Assembly: GCA_000091205.1 (NCBI GenBank)
Contig: AP006485.2
DNA from: Cyanidioschyzon merolae
Taxonomy: Eukaryota
Length of the DNA stretch: 64,000 bases
Reading direction: 5' to 3' (one strand)
Under the pieces are notes generated by a model. The model was given only the letters and a program-made list of their open reading frames with translations. It was not told the origin of the DNA and searched no databases. The position numbers and the translations under genes are program-made. Below, in pieces: positions 1 through 11,498 of the stretch (the first letter of the stretch is position 1; every line of letters starts with the position of its first letter).

Positions 1-427
1 TGTACACGAACAGCGTACCGCGCAGCTGCTGGCGTGGTGTGTCGCGCCAGCGCAACCACCACCATGGTTCCCGGAGGCTCTGTTGCACCTGCTCCTCTAC
101 ACAATTGGACTCTAGATGATTGGCGTCATTCGTCATGCACCTCCCGTCGAGGGAACACCCCGTTCGCTCACTTCAAGCACCACGTCCGGCGCTGGGCAGT
201 AGTGCTGTACCAGCGGCAGCGCAGAGGCGTCGAACTGGACCGCTCGCCGAACCGGGCACTTGCCCACGAAGCAACGCAGGTCAGTGGGCGTTCACAAGGC
301 CTGGTCCAACTCGTCGATACTAGGGGCCTGTTTTGCGACCTGAAAACGTTGTTTCCTCTGCGCGAAACTCACTTTGAAGCCGTTGCGTATACGTACGCGA
401 GAAACGTAGGGAGCACTGTCACGTCCG

Positions 428-1546
428 GTGCTAGCGCAGCTGGGATGCATGACGAGCGACAAGTTCGCTTTGCCCCGACGTCTTCTGGTCTACTGTGACT
501 CATTGGCCCGACGGCAGCGACTCCTGGAGACGCATTCAGCGACACTGGTGCGTTTACGGGATGCGGGCTATCTGGTGCAGTTGCCGCAAGGCTGGAAACC
601 GGAAACCACCGCTGACTCGACCTCGGGCGTTGCGAGCGGAAACGTCACCGCTTTCGCAGTGCACTCCTTCTTCGTCGAGCTGGAACGCTATCGACATCAA
701 CAGCAACCAGGTGCTGCCTGGGTCGGACATACGCTCGTCCACGCACCTCTGCTCGAGTCGACGCAAGACCTGATACGATCTTTTGCGTTTCCCGACGGCA
801 CGGTTGTCGTGGCAGATCGTCAAGTTTCGGGTCGAGGGCGGCGTGGTGCGACCTGGGACTCGCCCGGTGGAAGTCTCGCGTTTTCGTTGCAACTGGAGCT
901 GCAGAATGGGTGCGATCAACCCGTGCAGTTCATTCAGTATATCGCTGGACTTGCGTTAGCGGAAAGCATTCCCAATGAAAGTCCCGAGGCCGAGCAGGAG
1001 GCAGCGCGAGCGTTGCATATCAAGTGGCCGAATGATCTCCTTGTGGACGGTCTGAAAGTCGCCGGTATCCTGTGTGAGTCGAGCGTGTTTCGTGATCGCT
1101 TCACCGTCTACGTTGGTATTGGCGTGAACGTTGCCAATGCTGCTCCAACTGCTGCGTTGGCGCAGTTTTCATGGGCAAGTGCTTTGACGCGAGAGCGGTT
1201 GCTTGCGCGTTTTCTGGTAAGGTTTGAACGCTTCCTGACTATATTTCTTGATAAGGGCTGGGTGGCATCGGGTCTTGGGGCTCGCTATACTGCCAGGTGG
1301 TTACATCAGCGACAGCTCGTGCTGCTCGCGGAGACGAACCAGCGCGGGCGAATCATAGGTCTGAGTCAACAGGGCTGTTTGCTCGTTGAACTGGACCCGT
1401 TGTCTGGAGAACGTGGTCGCTCTGGGGCATCTGCCATCGCTGGTCAGGCACAGTGCGAAGCAGGGACATGTTCCCAGTATATTGAAGTGGAGCCAGATGT
1501 CTCCAGTTTTGACTGGCAGCGTGGAATCGTGCAACGCAAGCAATGA
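428..1546 (+). CDS. biotin--protein ligase (holocarboxylase synthetase), catalytic and C-terminal part; the 5' part of the gene is probably upstream of or outside the window
   Basis: 372-aa ORF with a BirA-type biotin-binding loop (QVSGRGRRGATWDSPGGSLAFSL) and the IKWPNDLLVDGLK motif of the BPL/LPL catalytic domain. Eukaryotic BPLs are much longer, so N-terminal exons are expected before nt 428. Confidence 0.7.
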   Translation: MLAQLGCMTSDKFALPRRLLVYCDSLARRQRLLETHSATLVRLRDAGYLVQLPQGWKPETTADSTSGVASGNVTAFAVHSFFVELERYRHQQQPGAAWVGHTLVHAPLLESTQDLIRSFAFPDGTVVVADRQVSGRGRRGATWDSPGGSLAFSLQLELQNGCDQPVQFIQYIAGLALAESIPNESPEAEQEAARALHIKWPNDLLVDGLKVAGILCESSVFRDRFTVYVGIGVNVANAAPTAALAQFSWASALTRERLLARFLVRFERFLTIFLDKGWVASGLGARYTARWLHQRQLVLLAETNQRGRIIGLSQQGCLLVELDPLSGERGRSGASAIAGQAQCEAGTCSQYIEVEPDVSSFDWQRGIVQRKQ

Positions 1547-3892
1547 ACATATCGCTATTCAGGGAGATGTACGGAATACTCGGATCGCGACATTTCGCAT
1601 CCCGCAATCACGAACGAATGTGATCAGTGAGTGGTCCGGAACCCCGCACTGGCACAATGGACGGTATCGGCATGGTATCTCGGAGCGTCCATGGATTCCA
1701 GGAAGAGTCGGACGGAACAGGCGCTGTTCAGCACCAGTCGCCGCTCTGAGCAAACATGCCTAGACCTCCTTTTGTGGAACAGAGCTTGCTATATGCGCTT
1801 CACCTTGACGTTTTGAAACGCATCGTCGAGGCGTTTGCATATCCTTTTATGCCTACGCGACAGCATTTGTGAGTGGCCTCGGGCCTGCTGCCACAGTTGC
1901 GACTGAACGCATACGCATGAAGCGCGTGCCCGAGTTGCCCGCAGCAACCTGTCTACCTGATGGACGACGAGGCGCGAACGTTCATGACGGGATTCGCATC
2001 GATTTCGTCACTCCAGGTGCTCTCGATATCGTTTCCCAGAGTCCATTTCAGGGAAATAATAGGTAAGAAAGAACTGGCTGCACTCATTTCAGATACAGAC
2101 TTTGTCCTGTTATCGACATGTGTCGTTGCGAAGCTCTGCATCCCTCGTTTATATGGGTGTTCTCTTGATACAAACGTGTATGTCATATCCGTACCGGATG
2201 AAAATGCAATACTGAACAGTGCGCTCTGTTCTTAGCTTTCGATTGTTCACCAAACTTGTTTTAGACGTAAAGTCTTGGTATCCTGGTTCCAGTACTGCGG
2301 CATTAGGGATACATACCCCGTTTTAGAGCGAGAGGTCGTTTTCTTTCAAAATGGCTCCCGCGACGCCTTGCCGGTGGATTTCGATATATCGCCGGCATCA
2401 CGACGATGCGCAACGCTCTCGACAAGGACTTGTTTACGTAACCGACATCACTATCCAGCTCAGTTGCATGAGCCCCCTGTCTTCTCCTTTGCTCGCGTTT
2501 GGCACGTTCGCGTCATACATTCTTCAAGTTTTATACATCTGTGTTGCAACGCAACCCACTGGGGCGTCCAATTGTGCCAACGGATCGATAGAGAAAAATA
2601 GGCAACGTCGTACTGTGATGACTTTTCACGGCCTCATGCCTCATGATTACCGCACTTGTCCGGTCAAATCATCGACTACTCTAGGATGACAATGCCTCCT
2701 CTGTTTCTGGCCGTCGATGCACCCGCATACGATAACTGCAAGGTACCTCTTAGGACAGGGGACCTTAGACGCATACATTCCTTCTCTTCCCAAGGAAAAG
2801 GGTCATGGACTCGAAATATATAGCCACCGGCAGCGATCGCCCTCAGAGTCAATTGCGTCAAAGCTTTGCACGAACGCAGCGTAGACGAATCGGAATGGTA
2901 CGACTTGTTCTCGAGCCTGGATCTTCGTTCCCGTATCTGTTTCATTATATACGATGTCGAATTCCACATATCCTCTATCCATTAGAACAGCATGCGCTTG
3001 CGCATGCGGCAGAATGAATACTTTCCCAAAGATCGGTTCGGAAGATGCCCGTGATCGTACAGCACGGTACTCGACGCAGGAACGGATGCAGGTGTTGAAG
3101 CGAGCTTCCTGTACCCGTCAAGCGCATGTACAGAGCGATGAAGCAAGCTTTCGAGTGCCACGGGGCAGCGCACAGAGAAAAAGGAATCGGACTAGTAGTC
3201 ATATATTAGAATACCTGACTGCCTTCATGAATAATGGCTGCGACATCTGCACCGATGCACGACACATTGAAGATGAACATGGCGAGCGAGGCGTCAACCA
3301 CGACGTCCATATCTGCTCCAAGAGCGTCGACAACAATCGAAACGAACGAAATCTTGACTTGAACGCTGCCATCATCACGATCATCATCATCATCATCCTT
3401 CGACTCCTGATCATGGAGCTCGAGGGACACCAGAGGCCAGCATCGTGAAAGCCGGAGATACGACAGAGAAGAAAGGAGGCAGTCGTCCAAAAATCCCGAT
3501 AACGCTCATGTTGACAACACTGGGAACATACGCAGAATTTCGTATGTGCATCCGAGGTATCTATCTAGAAACTCTATCCTCTCTGTCTAACTAGAATATG
3601 AAGCATCGACGTCTCATTGGAATGCAGCGCTGCCGATCCAGCGCAACCCCGAAGGACGTCGTGCGGCATACCGTCGACGCTGTTACACCGGCTTTTGCGT
3701 TGTTGCAGGCACAAGGGCACCAACACAGGCGAGCAAGCAGTTCATGATCATCATCAAGTCGTTTCTTGGGGCTTACTGCTGTCTTAAAGTGTACACACAA
3801 CGTTGATCTAGAAAAGACGGAGCTTTCAGAGAGCTGCTTCCGATTTGGACACCACGGGAAGGATCGCTTTCACCGGCTACCTCATTTAGCGA

Positions 3893-6823
3893 GTGCTCGC
3901 TTCCATAAACCGTGCGTCGCCTTTTCATCGAGCGAGCGAACACCAAGAAGCAGCTTTTATGAAACTGAATCAAGCGCATTCGTCTCAAGCTACCATGGCA
4001 AAGCGTCGGACCAAATCCACCGGGCACAGCAGCTCGGCACCGTCCGTCGTCGTTCAGGACAACGCACTACAGCAGGACATTTTGGCCGTGATGCAAGAAA
4101 TTGGCCTCGAAAATCCGGTGCAGGACATCCAAACGCCTTCAGTACCAGAAGTCTCGCCCACGAGCTCTGCTGCTGGCTCTCAGCGAAGGAAGCGCCAACG
4201 TCTCGCAGCGGAGGTCGCTGCCGGGCCCCAGAGCACCGAGGGCATGCAGCGCAGGCACCATGAACCCGCCGGAACAACCGTGGAACACGCTACATTCGAA
4301 ACGCGAATACCATCGAAACCGTTCATCGCGACGCCGCGTCTGCCAGAGCTACCCGTCCCGGTGAAAGCACTGCTCCGGGACGAAGACCTTCAAGCCGAGC
4401 ACTGGTATGAAGCTATCCCGGCTGCTGTGCCGCCGCTCAAGTCCTCGTGTCAACCCAAGGCATCTGAGGAAGTCGCAGCAGACATCATTCGTCGTCTGGA
4501 AGAAACCGGCCTGGAAACATTGCGTGCAGTGAGCCAACTCTATCATGAGCGGAAACAACGCCATGTACCGTCACGGACGCCGCTCAGTGGACCTGAGCTT
4601 GCATCCTTGCCGGCTCTGGGTGCTAAACAGCTGACCCTCATGGATCGCATTGCAACATTGGCTATGGATATCCGACGAGCACCGCTGTATTACCTGGATG
4701 AGCTGACGCAACTCATTGACGTGGCGACGACGACGTGCAAGAAACGGCGTAAGGAGCGATGGACGGCAATCGAAGCTCTGAAGGAGCTCTTCATCGAGCA
4801 GCTGCTTCCTCCGAGTCGGAAGCTGTGCGCTTTCCAGCAACGTGACTGGGCAACCTGGTATGCTGAGCAAGGCGCACAGGTGGTGGCGGTAGCGGTAACG
4901 AATGAGAGGACGTCACAGGCGCCACCATCAATGACGGCAACGGAACGTGCTCAGGTCTGCAGCGCGTTCCGAGTCCTCATGTTCAGTGCCTTCGAGTCCG
5001 CTGTGAAGGCCCAGTATGCGCGCTTTCTTGTCGAGGCACTCACGGATAGCGCTCAGGACCCGATAGAGTTCCTGGCGACGCGTGCACTCGGTGCCGCGTT
5101 GGACTTGCTGGTAGCTTGTCCCGAGCAAGAGCAAGCCCTGCTCGATCTGCTGGTTACCAAGCTGGGTTCACCCCATCGTGCGCTTTCCAGCAAAGCGTAC
5201 CATTCTTTGGAACTCTTGATCCAAAAGCACCATCCAGCAATGCGTTTGGTTGTTGCTCGGCATATTTTGCAGCTCGGTATCGAGTCGCTTCCGAACTTGA
5301 CCACGGACCGTTCCAATCGTCTGCTCTACCTCTGCGTTCGCTTCCTGGCTCATGTGATGCTCCATCGAGACCGGCCTGGTGATCGAGCGTTTGCTGCAAC
5401 GCTGCTCTCCTTTTACCTGGGCACCTTTCGAATCCTCCTGGAACGGCAGCGCTTTGACAGCCGTCTCTGCACAGCGGTGCTGGAAGGTCTCCAACGGGTG
5501 CTTCCCTTCATCTCTGAAGGCATCTCCAACAACAACAACAGGGATAACTCCGATTTTGCGCAACAGCAAGAGACACTCAAGAACCAGATCGATGGGCTGT
5601 ACCTGCTGGTGCACCGCGGGAACCTCGAGACCTCGATACGCTCACTGATGGTGCTTTATCGTCTCGGTGCAACGGATCGGTTTTATCGGGCACTATACGA
5701 GACGCTTGCATCACCCAGGTTATGGTATGCTGCTGGGTCTCGGATTACAGCGCTGTGTAATATCTGTTATTGGAGCATGAAAGCGGACACATGTGTCTCA
5801 CGTCTGCTCGCACTGGTGAAACGTCTGTTGAGTTTGGCCCTGCAGGCACCGGCAGCGACGGCAGCAGGCATCTTGCTGATGCTCAGCGAGCTGATTTTTC
5901 GCTCAGGACAGGAAGCATTCCGTTTGGACGCGCAGAAGCAACTTTTGCGGATACGACAAGCATTAGGCGAGGGCTCGTCTGAAGAGCGCGTGGTAGCACC
6001 GCATCAGCGCACAGCGCCGAGGACGTTCGAAGCAACACCAGACCAAGTGCCGTCGACGTCGCTGGTAGTTGCGCAAACCGTGGATGCACGAGCGTCTGTT
6101 GTACGGACAGCAGCTCGACAAGAAAGCGCATCGAACTGGACGACGACGACGACAACGACAACAACAACCTACGATATGAGCAAGCGTGAGCCCAAGTTCG
6201 CGGGAGCGGAGGCAGCTGCATGGTGCGAGCTTGCGCTCCTGCGATGCCACTACCAGCCCACGGTAGCCGCTTTCGCGGAAGCACTCATTCAGGGTCAAGC
6301 GATTCACTACAAAGGGGACCCGCTCGAAGATCACGCACATGCTGCGTTTCTTGATCGCTTGGTACGCAAAAAACCCAAATCATCGCCACCGATTGCCAGA
6401 ATGCATAGCGCTTTCGCGGAGCCTCGTTCATTGCCGGGAACGCCTTCTGTCTTGGATGTGGCGACGGGACGCACAAGTGCAGCACCAGCGAGCACATCGC
6501 GTGAAGGCGCTGAGGTGCGGCACTTGCACACTGCCGACGCCGAGGTCATTCCCAGCATGGACAAAGCACCTAACTTGCATGCGCTCTCTGTGCCCGCAGC
6601 TGAACGGTCGCCTCGCGGGCGAACGTCCATAATGGCGAATGGGATGCAAGGAGCTCCTCAAGAGGTCGCACATCATCTCCGTATCGATAGCCTCGAGGCG
6701 AGTCATCGAAGCACAAGCGCCGACGAGTCCTCCTTAGCGCATAGCAGTGAAGATGAAGAAGAGCAAGCCATATGGGCAGCGATGGAGGATTCACTCGCCA
6801 AACAGGGTATGCTGCTTTCGGAT

Positions 6824-6858
<35 letters not shown>

Positions 6859-7135
6859 ACTGTCATCTTCCGAGTCCGAGTCCGAGTCCGAGTCAGCGAT
6901 ACCACCAAGGCGTGCCGCTGCAACGCGTCCGCAGCGCACGTCACCGCATGCTGCTGCTCAAGGCACGCGAGCGCTGGGCGTTGTACCGACTACACGCAAC
7001 GGGCCTCGAGGCGCCTCTGTTGCAAGCAGGAGCAAAAAGCCCAGCACCCAGCGGAAGCGTATTCGAGAGCCGGGGCGAGCCAGTCGGCGTGTTCCGGATC
7101 GATCCAAGGTACCACGTGCACGGCTGCTCTCATGA
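3893..7135 (+). CDS. CBF/Mak21-family nucleolar ribosome-biogenesis protein (NOC1/CEBPZ-like); the probable start is the ATG at 3995 (MAKRRTK...)
   Basis: 1080-aa ORF. It has a basic N-terminus and helical-repeat middle. The CBF-domain signature is present (LLRCHYQPTVAAFAEALIQGQAIHYKGDPLEDHAHAAFLDRLVRKKPK; compare HYHP...Y.GDPL.DF.L..FLDRFV.KNPK). The C-terminal tail is long, acidic and Ser-rich, with poly-Asp (D13) and (SE)n runs typical of nucleolar proteins. Confidence 0.6.
6821..6894 (+). repeat. coding microsatellites (GAC/GAT)n then (GAGTCC)n, which give the poly-Asp and SESESE runs in the nucleolar-protein tail
   Basis: Direct reading: gatgacgacgacgatgacgacgacgatgacgacgacgaa ... gagtccgagtccgagtccgagtca. 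Confidence 0.9.
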
Positions 7136-7877
7136 GGTAAAGTGAGGTAAAGCGCACCGTAAGAATCCTCGTGTTGCAGGAGTAGCGAAGATCACACGGC
7201 ATGACCAGGCCAACACGTTTCACTGCGCACTGGTCACCGTCGTACGGTATCGCTAGCAACGCTTTCCGCGACACTTGTTTACATTCCAGAGCAGGAAAGC
7301 GTCATCGCGTTCGATGCTGGGTGCCATGACCCATCATCATCATCATGACGAGACAGCTTCCGAACAGAGAGAGCAGTCCACCAGCGGGCGCAGCCGTTGT
7401 ATGCACACAGGCTTCGTCGCCAAGGCATCATAGGTAACATCGTTCGACTACGATGGTGTGTCTGCTGGTCTTGGTGCAGGTCGAGAAAGTACCGGCCCCC
7501 CGGACGGAAACACAGCGGCGCCTCTTGCGATAACCTGGTTCATTGAAAGCGTCAGCTGCGCACAAGGAATCACCAAAGGCGAGCTTGCGCGTGAGCAAGC
7601 ATCCGCTGCCTGGCTTTCAAGGCCGTACTGGTGATTTCATCCACGAAAGAGTATTCCTGGTACGGAAATGCCCAGGTACAGATCGATTTCGCGATTCGAC
7701 GTATGCGGGAAAGCGCAGCAGCGGTCTACGGGAATACGTCCAGTGCGCACACAAGTAGCTTCTAGGAAAGCGCTCCACGTGGGTACGTCTACCCAGAGCA
7801 TATGTCAACGAAGGATCGCGAAAGGTCACCGCTTACCGCAACGATGCGCTTTGCTCGGATACTTTGGCTTGTTCATG

Positions 7878-7938
7878 CACACACACACACACAAACGCAG
7901 AGAAACACATCCATCTATCTATCCATCTATCTATCCAT
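7878..7938. repeat. compound microsatellite (AC)n ... (ATCT/ATCC)n in the convergent 3' intergenic region
   Basis: cacacacacacacacaaac followed by catctatctatccatctatctatccat. Confidence 0.9.
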
Positions 7939-8059
7939 ATAGCGAACACTGCATTGGGCATCCCAGCGCCCTTTCGCAGTCGACAGACCTGTCTTGGATG
8001 CGGTTCGTTACCGCAGCTGCATTCCGCGAAACTTGCACGACTTGAACAACACGCTGTGT

Positions 8060-10474
8060 CTAATTGCCGAGGCCGTTGCGTTGCTGAACTTGTGGCTGCT
8101 CCGTTCGTCCATCTGGAATCTCGATAAACTGCATCACATCGCCTTCACGCAGCCACATTTGGTCACAGCGGTAGTAGCCGCGGCGTTCAAACTGAATCAC
8201 CGAACCCACCGAGAGCAAACGAGTATTGATATCGGCCCAGACGGGAGTGATTCGTTTGGAAACCTCGTTGGGAACGGCGTACGTGGCAAGTTCGTCGCCT
8301 TCTTCGAGTTTTTCCTTGTTCAATACGTACCCGTAACGAACGAGCTCTGCGAGAACGAGCTCCGGATCCATCGTTAACCATGTCAGTTTCTTGGTCTTCT
8401 TGAAATCCCTATCTTCGGGCATGAAACGTAGCGATAGCCGCCTAGCTGGGCGATCCACTTCCTCAACGCGAGCGTTGCCAAGATCCATGAGCGTCACGAT
8501 CTCACCGATGGTGAGCGATTCAGCATCGTCGGGTTCCAGAATGATGCTAGTTCCAAGTACCAGCACCTTGGTGCCCAGCTCGGGGTTCTTCTTGTGACGT
8601 GGAACACTCCGCAGGAGTGGCTCCGAATCAGCGCGCTGGTGCCAGTCCGGCAACGACTCCAGTCCCGTGAGCGTCGCAGCCCAGTGCTCGTGACGTGCAA
8701 TCGCTGTATGCCGAGGGGCTATCGGATCGATTACCCGCTTATTTGTTGTCCATATCTTGTCCCACTGCTGGAAGGTGATGTTGCGGCTGGGGCCCTGCGA
8801 AAGGATGAATGCACGGAGCGCATTGACGTGCATGCCACGCCTCAGGATGCCGCGCACCGTTGGCATACGTGGATCATCCCAACCGTCCACATAGCCGTGA
8901 TCGACTAGCCAGGTTAACTTGCGTTTGCTCAATACCGTATACACGAAGCTGAGACGTGAATAGGTCCAGACTCGAGGGCAGCGTAGACCTGCCGCTTGGC
9001 ACATCCAGATATATTGGGCCTCACGATCCTGGTATTCGCTGGTACGCAAGGCATGTGTGACACCCTCGAGAGAGTCCACAATCGGACATGCAAAGTCGTA
9101 TGACGGATATACCCGGTACCGGGTGCCGGTCCGGTGGTGTGAAACTGCTGTTCCAGCACCGGTTTGAGCGTCGGCAGGCGCTCCGGCAATACGATAGATG
9201 ACCGGGTCACGGAGTGAAGCGTTCTTTGATTGCATATCAATCTTAGCCCGGACACAACAACCGGATGCCTCTGGCAGACCCTCTTTCATAGCCTTCCACA
9301 AACGGAGGTTTTCCTCAACGCTCTGATTGCGATAGGCGCTCTCAATGCAATGCAGACGCTGTTCGCGCATGACAGCAACCTCTGTACGGTCTACGTAGGC
9401 GTTGCCGTCTCGAATAAACTTTTCGCACCACTCCAGGAGCACATCGAAGTAGTCACTCGTCCATTCGATGCGATCAGGCCGAACGTCGAGTGCTGCGCAA
9501 TCAGCCAGGATGCTCTCCTCGTACTCCATTTTCTCTTTCGAGGGATTGGTATCATCGAATCGCAGGATGAGCTCACCACCGTAGATCCGTGCAAAATAGT
9601 CGTTCAGGAGCAGCGCTTTGGCATGGCCGATGTGCAGGTAACCAGATGGCTCTGGCGGAAAGCGCGTCACCACACGGCCAAACTGAGCGTCCGGCAACTG
9701 GATATCAAAAGAGGCAGCTGCTCCAACCAAACGCATCACCTGATCCCACCCGCCTACCGTCTGGGAGAGTGCATCTGCCGCTCGTTCCAGCGCAGATGCT
9801 ATAAATGGCTGATTCTCCATGAAGTTCATCCATCGGGCCAGGTGAACAAACTTGGTGCGCGCTTTCCCGAGAGTGTCGGCAGGCAGAACACAGAGTTCCG
9901 CCTCTACCAGATCCATCAGGTGACCTTTGGGGTTCCCCGCTTGCTGCTCGAGCTTTGCGCGCTGCCCAGCGGTGAGCCCTCGGCGATTTCGAAGCCGTGC
10001 GAACAGGTAGAGATCAGCAACCGTTGGCTCGTAGTCTACGAGAAAACTGCGCAACACGAACCTTTCATCGAGTGCTGCTAGATACGCCTCTAGCGCAGCG
10101 CCAGCCAACGAGCCTGTGCGAGCGAGTTCCTTGATCGTACTGCGTGTTTCATCCATGCACGCTTTTACCAGTGACTCGATGACCGGTGTCCAGCCAAGCA
10201 GTGCGCGCATTGACCCGTCCATGTGAAGGATCCTGGCCAATTCCAGAGACACCTCATAGTCACCGGTAATAAAGTTTGCGTTTTGAAGCTCCGGCAGCGA
10301 CACGTCTCTGGACAACGACACCGTTATGTCCACAGGCCACGCTAATTGCGCGTTTTCAACATAAGCGACGATAAGGCTTGCAGCGTGCAGCTCTCCGTTA
10401 GCCGGTAGACGCAACGACCAGTGGTCGCGTGACGTGTCATCAGTACTGGGCACCATGAATGATCTCAGCTGCAA
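8060..10474 (-). CDS. glutamate--tRNA ligase, cytosolic type (class I aaRS with an N-terminal GST-like domain)
   Basis: 804-aa ORF. The HIGH motif is in the GluRS context (TRFPPEPSGYLHIGHAKALLLNDYFA), followed by ILRFDDTNPSKEK and a VLSKRKL (KMSKS-type) motif. The N-terminal ~170 aa resemble the GST-C-like appendix of eukaryotic cytosolic GluRS. HAKALLLN (not HAKSICLN) favours GluRS over GlnRS. Confidence 0.8.
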   Translation of the reverse strand: MQLRSFMVPSTDDTSRDHWSLRLPANGELHAASLIVAYVENAQLAWPVDITVSLSRDVSLPELQNANFITGDYEVSLELARILHMDGSMRALLGWTPVIESLVKACMDETRSTIKELARTGSLAGAALEAYLAALDERFVLRSFLVDYEPTVADLYLFARLRNRRGLTAGQRAKLEQQAGNPKGHLMDLVEAELCVLPADTLGKARTKFVHLARWMNFMENQPFIASALERAADALSQTVGGWDQVMRLVGAAASFDIQLPDAQFGRVVTRFPPEPSGYLHIGHAKALLLNDYFARIYGGELILRFDDTNPSKEKMEYEESILADCAALDVRPDRIEWTSDYFDVLLEWCEKFIRDGNAYVDRTEVAVMREQRLHCIESAYRNQSVEENLRLWKAMKEGLPEASGCCVRAKIDMQSKNASLRDPVIYRIAGAPADAQTGAGTAVSHHRTGTRYRVYPSYDFACPIVDSLEGVTHALRTSEYQDREAQYIWMCQAAGLRCPRVWTYSRLSFVYTVLSKRKLTWLVDHGYVDGWDDPRMPTVRGILRRGMHVNALRAFILSQGPSRNITFQQWDKIWTTNKRVIDPIAPRHTAIARHEHWAATLTGLESLPDWHQRADSEPLLRSVPRHKKNPELGTKVLVLGTSIILEPDDAESLTIGEIVTLMDLGNARVEEVDRPARRLSLRFMPEDRDFKKTKKLTWLTMDPELVLAELVRYGYVLNKEKLEEGDELATYAVPNEVSKRITPVWADINTRLLSVGSVIQFERRGYYRCDQMWLREGDVMQFIEIPDGRTEQPQVQQRNGLGN

Positions 10475-10930
10475 AGCCCAGCTGAGAACGTCACCGGTTG
10501 TGGTATGGAAGCCAAGAGCTAGCGAGTTTTTCGACGCGCCGCAGCGTCGATGCTACGATCGGGATTCAAGCAGCAGTGGGCGCTTTTCGAGGAGGAGTCA
10601 GCTGATTCGTTGGTAGGAATAACGAGGATTTCTTTTGTTCTTTTTGACGGAAAGATTGTTTATAGGAATCCTTGGGAGCCCATACTGATCAGCGCACGTT
10701 AGCTTCTAGGGAAGCGCGTGGCACAGAGCTTCGTGGATACGGCACGAGACCGCTCGGGAGTAGATTTCGAAGGTTGCGTTTCATTATCAGGAATCGCAAT
10801 CTAATGGAAGACAGCGCACTTTATGTATGCATGAAATAAGTTCAGTATGCAACGAATCATTGTCTTGCAACAGAGTGAGCACTGGAGGCGCCTCCCAAAG
10901 AGACCCTGGGTGCTCTGAAAGCGCTTCGAC

Positions 10931-11498
10931 AATACGTCAGCGTTGGAAAAGACCTGATTTCGGAAACAGATAAGAGAAGCAGAACCTTCGCATATGTTTC
11001 GCAGGCCGATGATGTATCAGCGTTGGCAAAAAGACCTGATTTCGGAAACAGATAAGAGAAGCAGAACCTTCGCATATGTTTCGCAGGCCGATGATGTATC
11101 AGCGTTGGCAAAAAGACCTGATTTCGGAAACAGATAAGAGAAGCAGAACCTTCGCATATGTTTCGCAGGCCGATGATGTATCAGCGTTGGCAAAAAGACC
11201 TGATTTCGGAAACAGATAAGAGAAGCAGAACCTTCGCATATGTTTCGCAGGCCGATGATGTATCAGCGTTGGCAAAAAGACCTGATTTCGGAAACAGATA
11301 AGAGAAGCAGAACCTTCGCATATGTTTCGCAGGCCGATGATGTATCAGCGTTGGCAAAAAGACCTGATTTCGGAAACAGATAAGAGAAGCAGAACCTTCG
11401 CATATGTTTCGCAGGCCGATGATGTATCAGCGTTGGCAAAAAGACCTGATTTCGGAAACAGATAAGAGAAGCAGAACCTTCGCATATGTTTCGCAGGC
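10931..11498. repeat. minisatellite: 82-bp unit x ~6.9, head-to-tail, ~450 bp upstream of the GluRS start
   Basis: Unit atgatgtatcagcgttggcaaaaagacctgatttcggaaacagataagagaagcagaaccttcgcatatgtttcgcaggccg recurs with a period of 82 (e.g. agaaccttcg at 10981 and 11063). Only the first copy is degenerate. The ORFs called inside it on the minus strand are periodic artefacts. Confidence 0.95.

Noticed and set aside
34-498. 154-aa ORF upstream of and overlapping the biotin ligase ORF in another frame
   Set aside because: No recognisable motif. It is most likely 5' UTR or intron sequence of the ligase gene, whose N-terminal exons are off-window. It cannot be assigned.
7755-7790. 17-nt motif tagcttctagg(a/g)aagcgc shared between 7757-7775 and 10696-10715, on both sides of the GluRS gene; the first copy overlaps a CACGTG palindrome
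   Set aside because: A single near-match of this length is expected by chance at appreciable probability in 64 kb, and there is no further flanking similarity.
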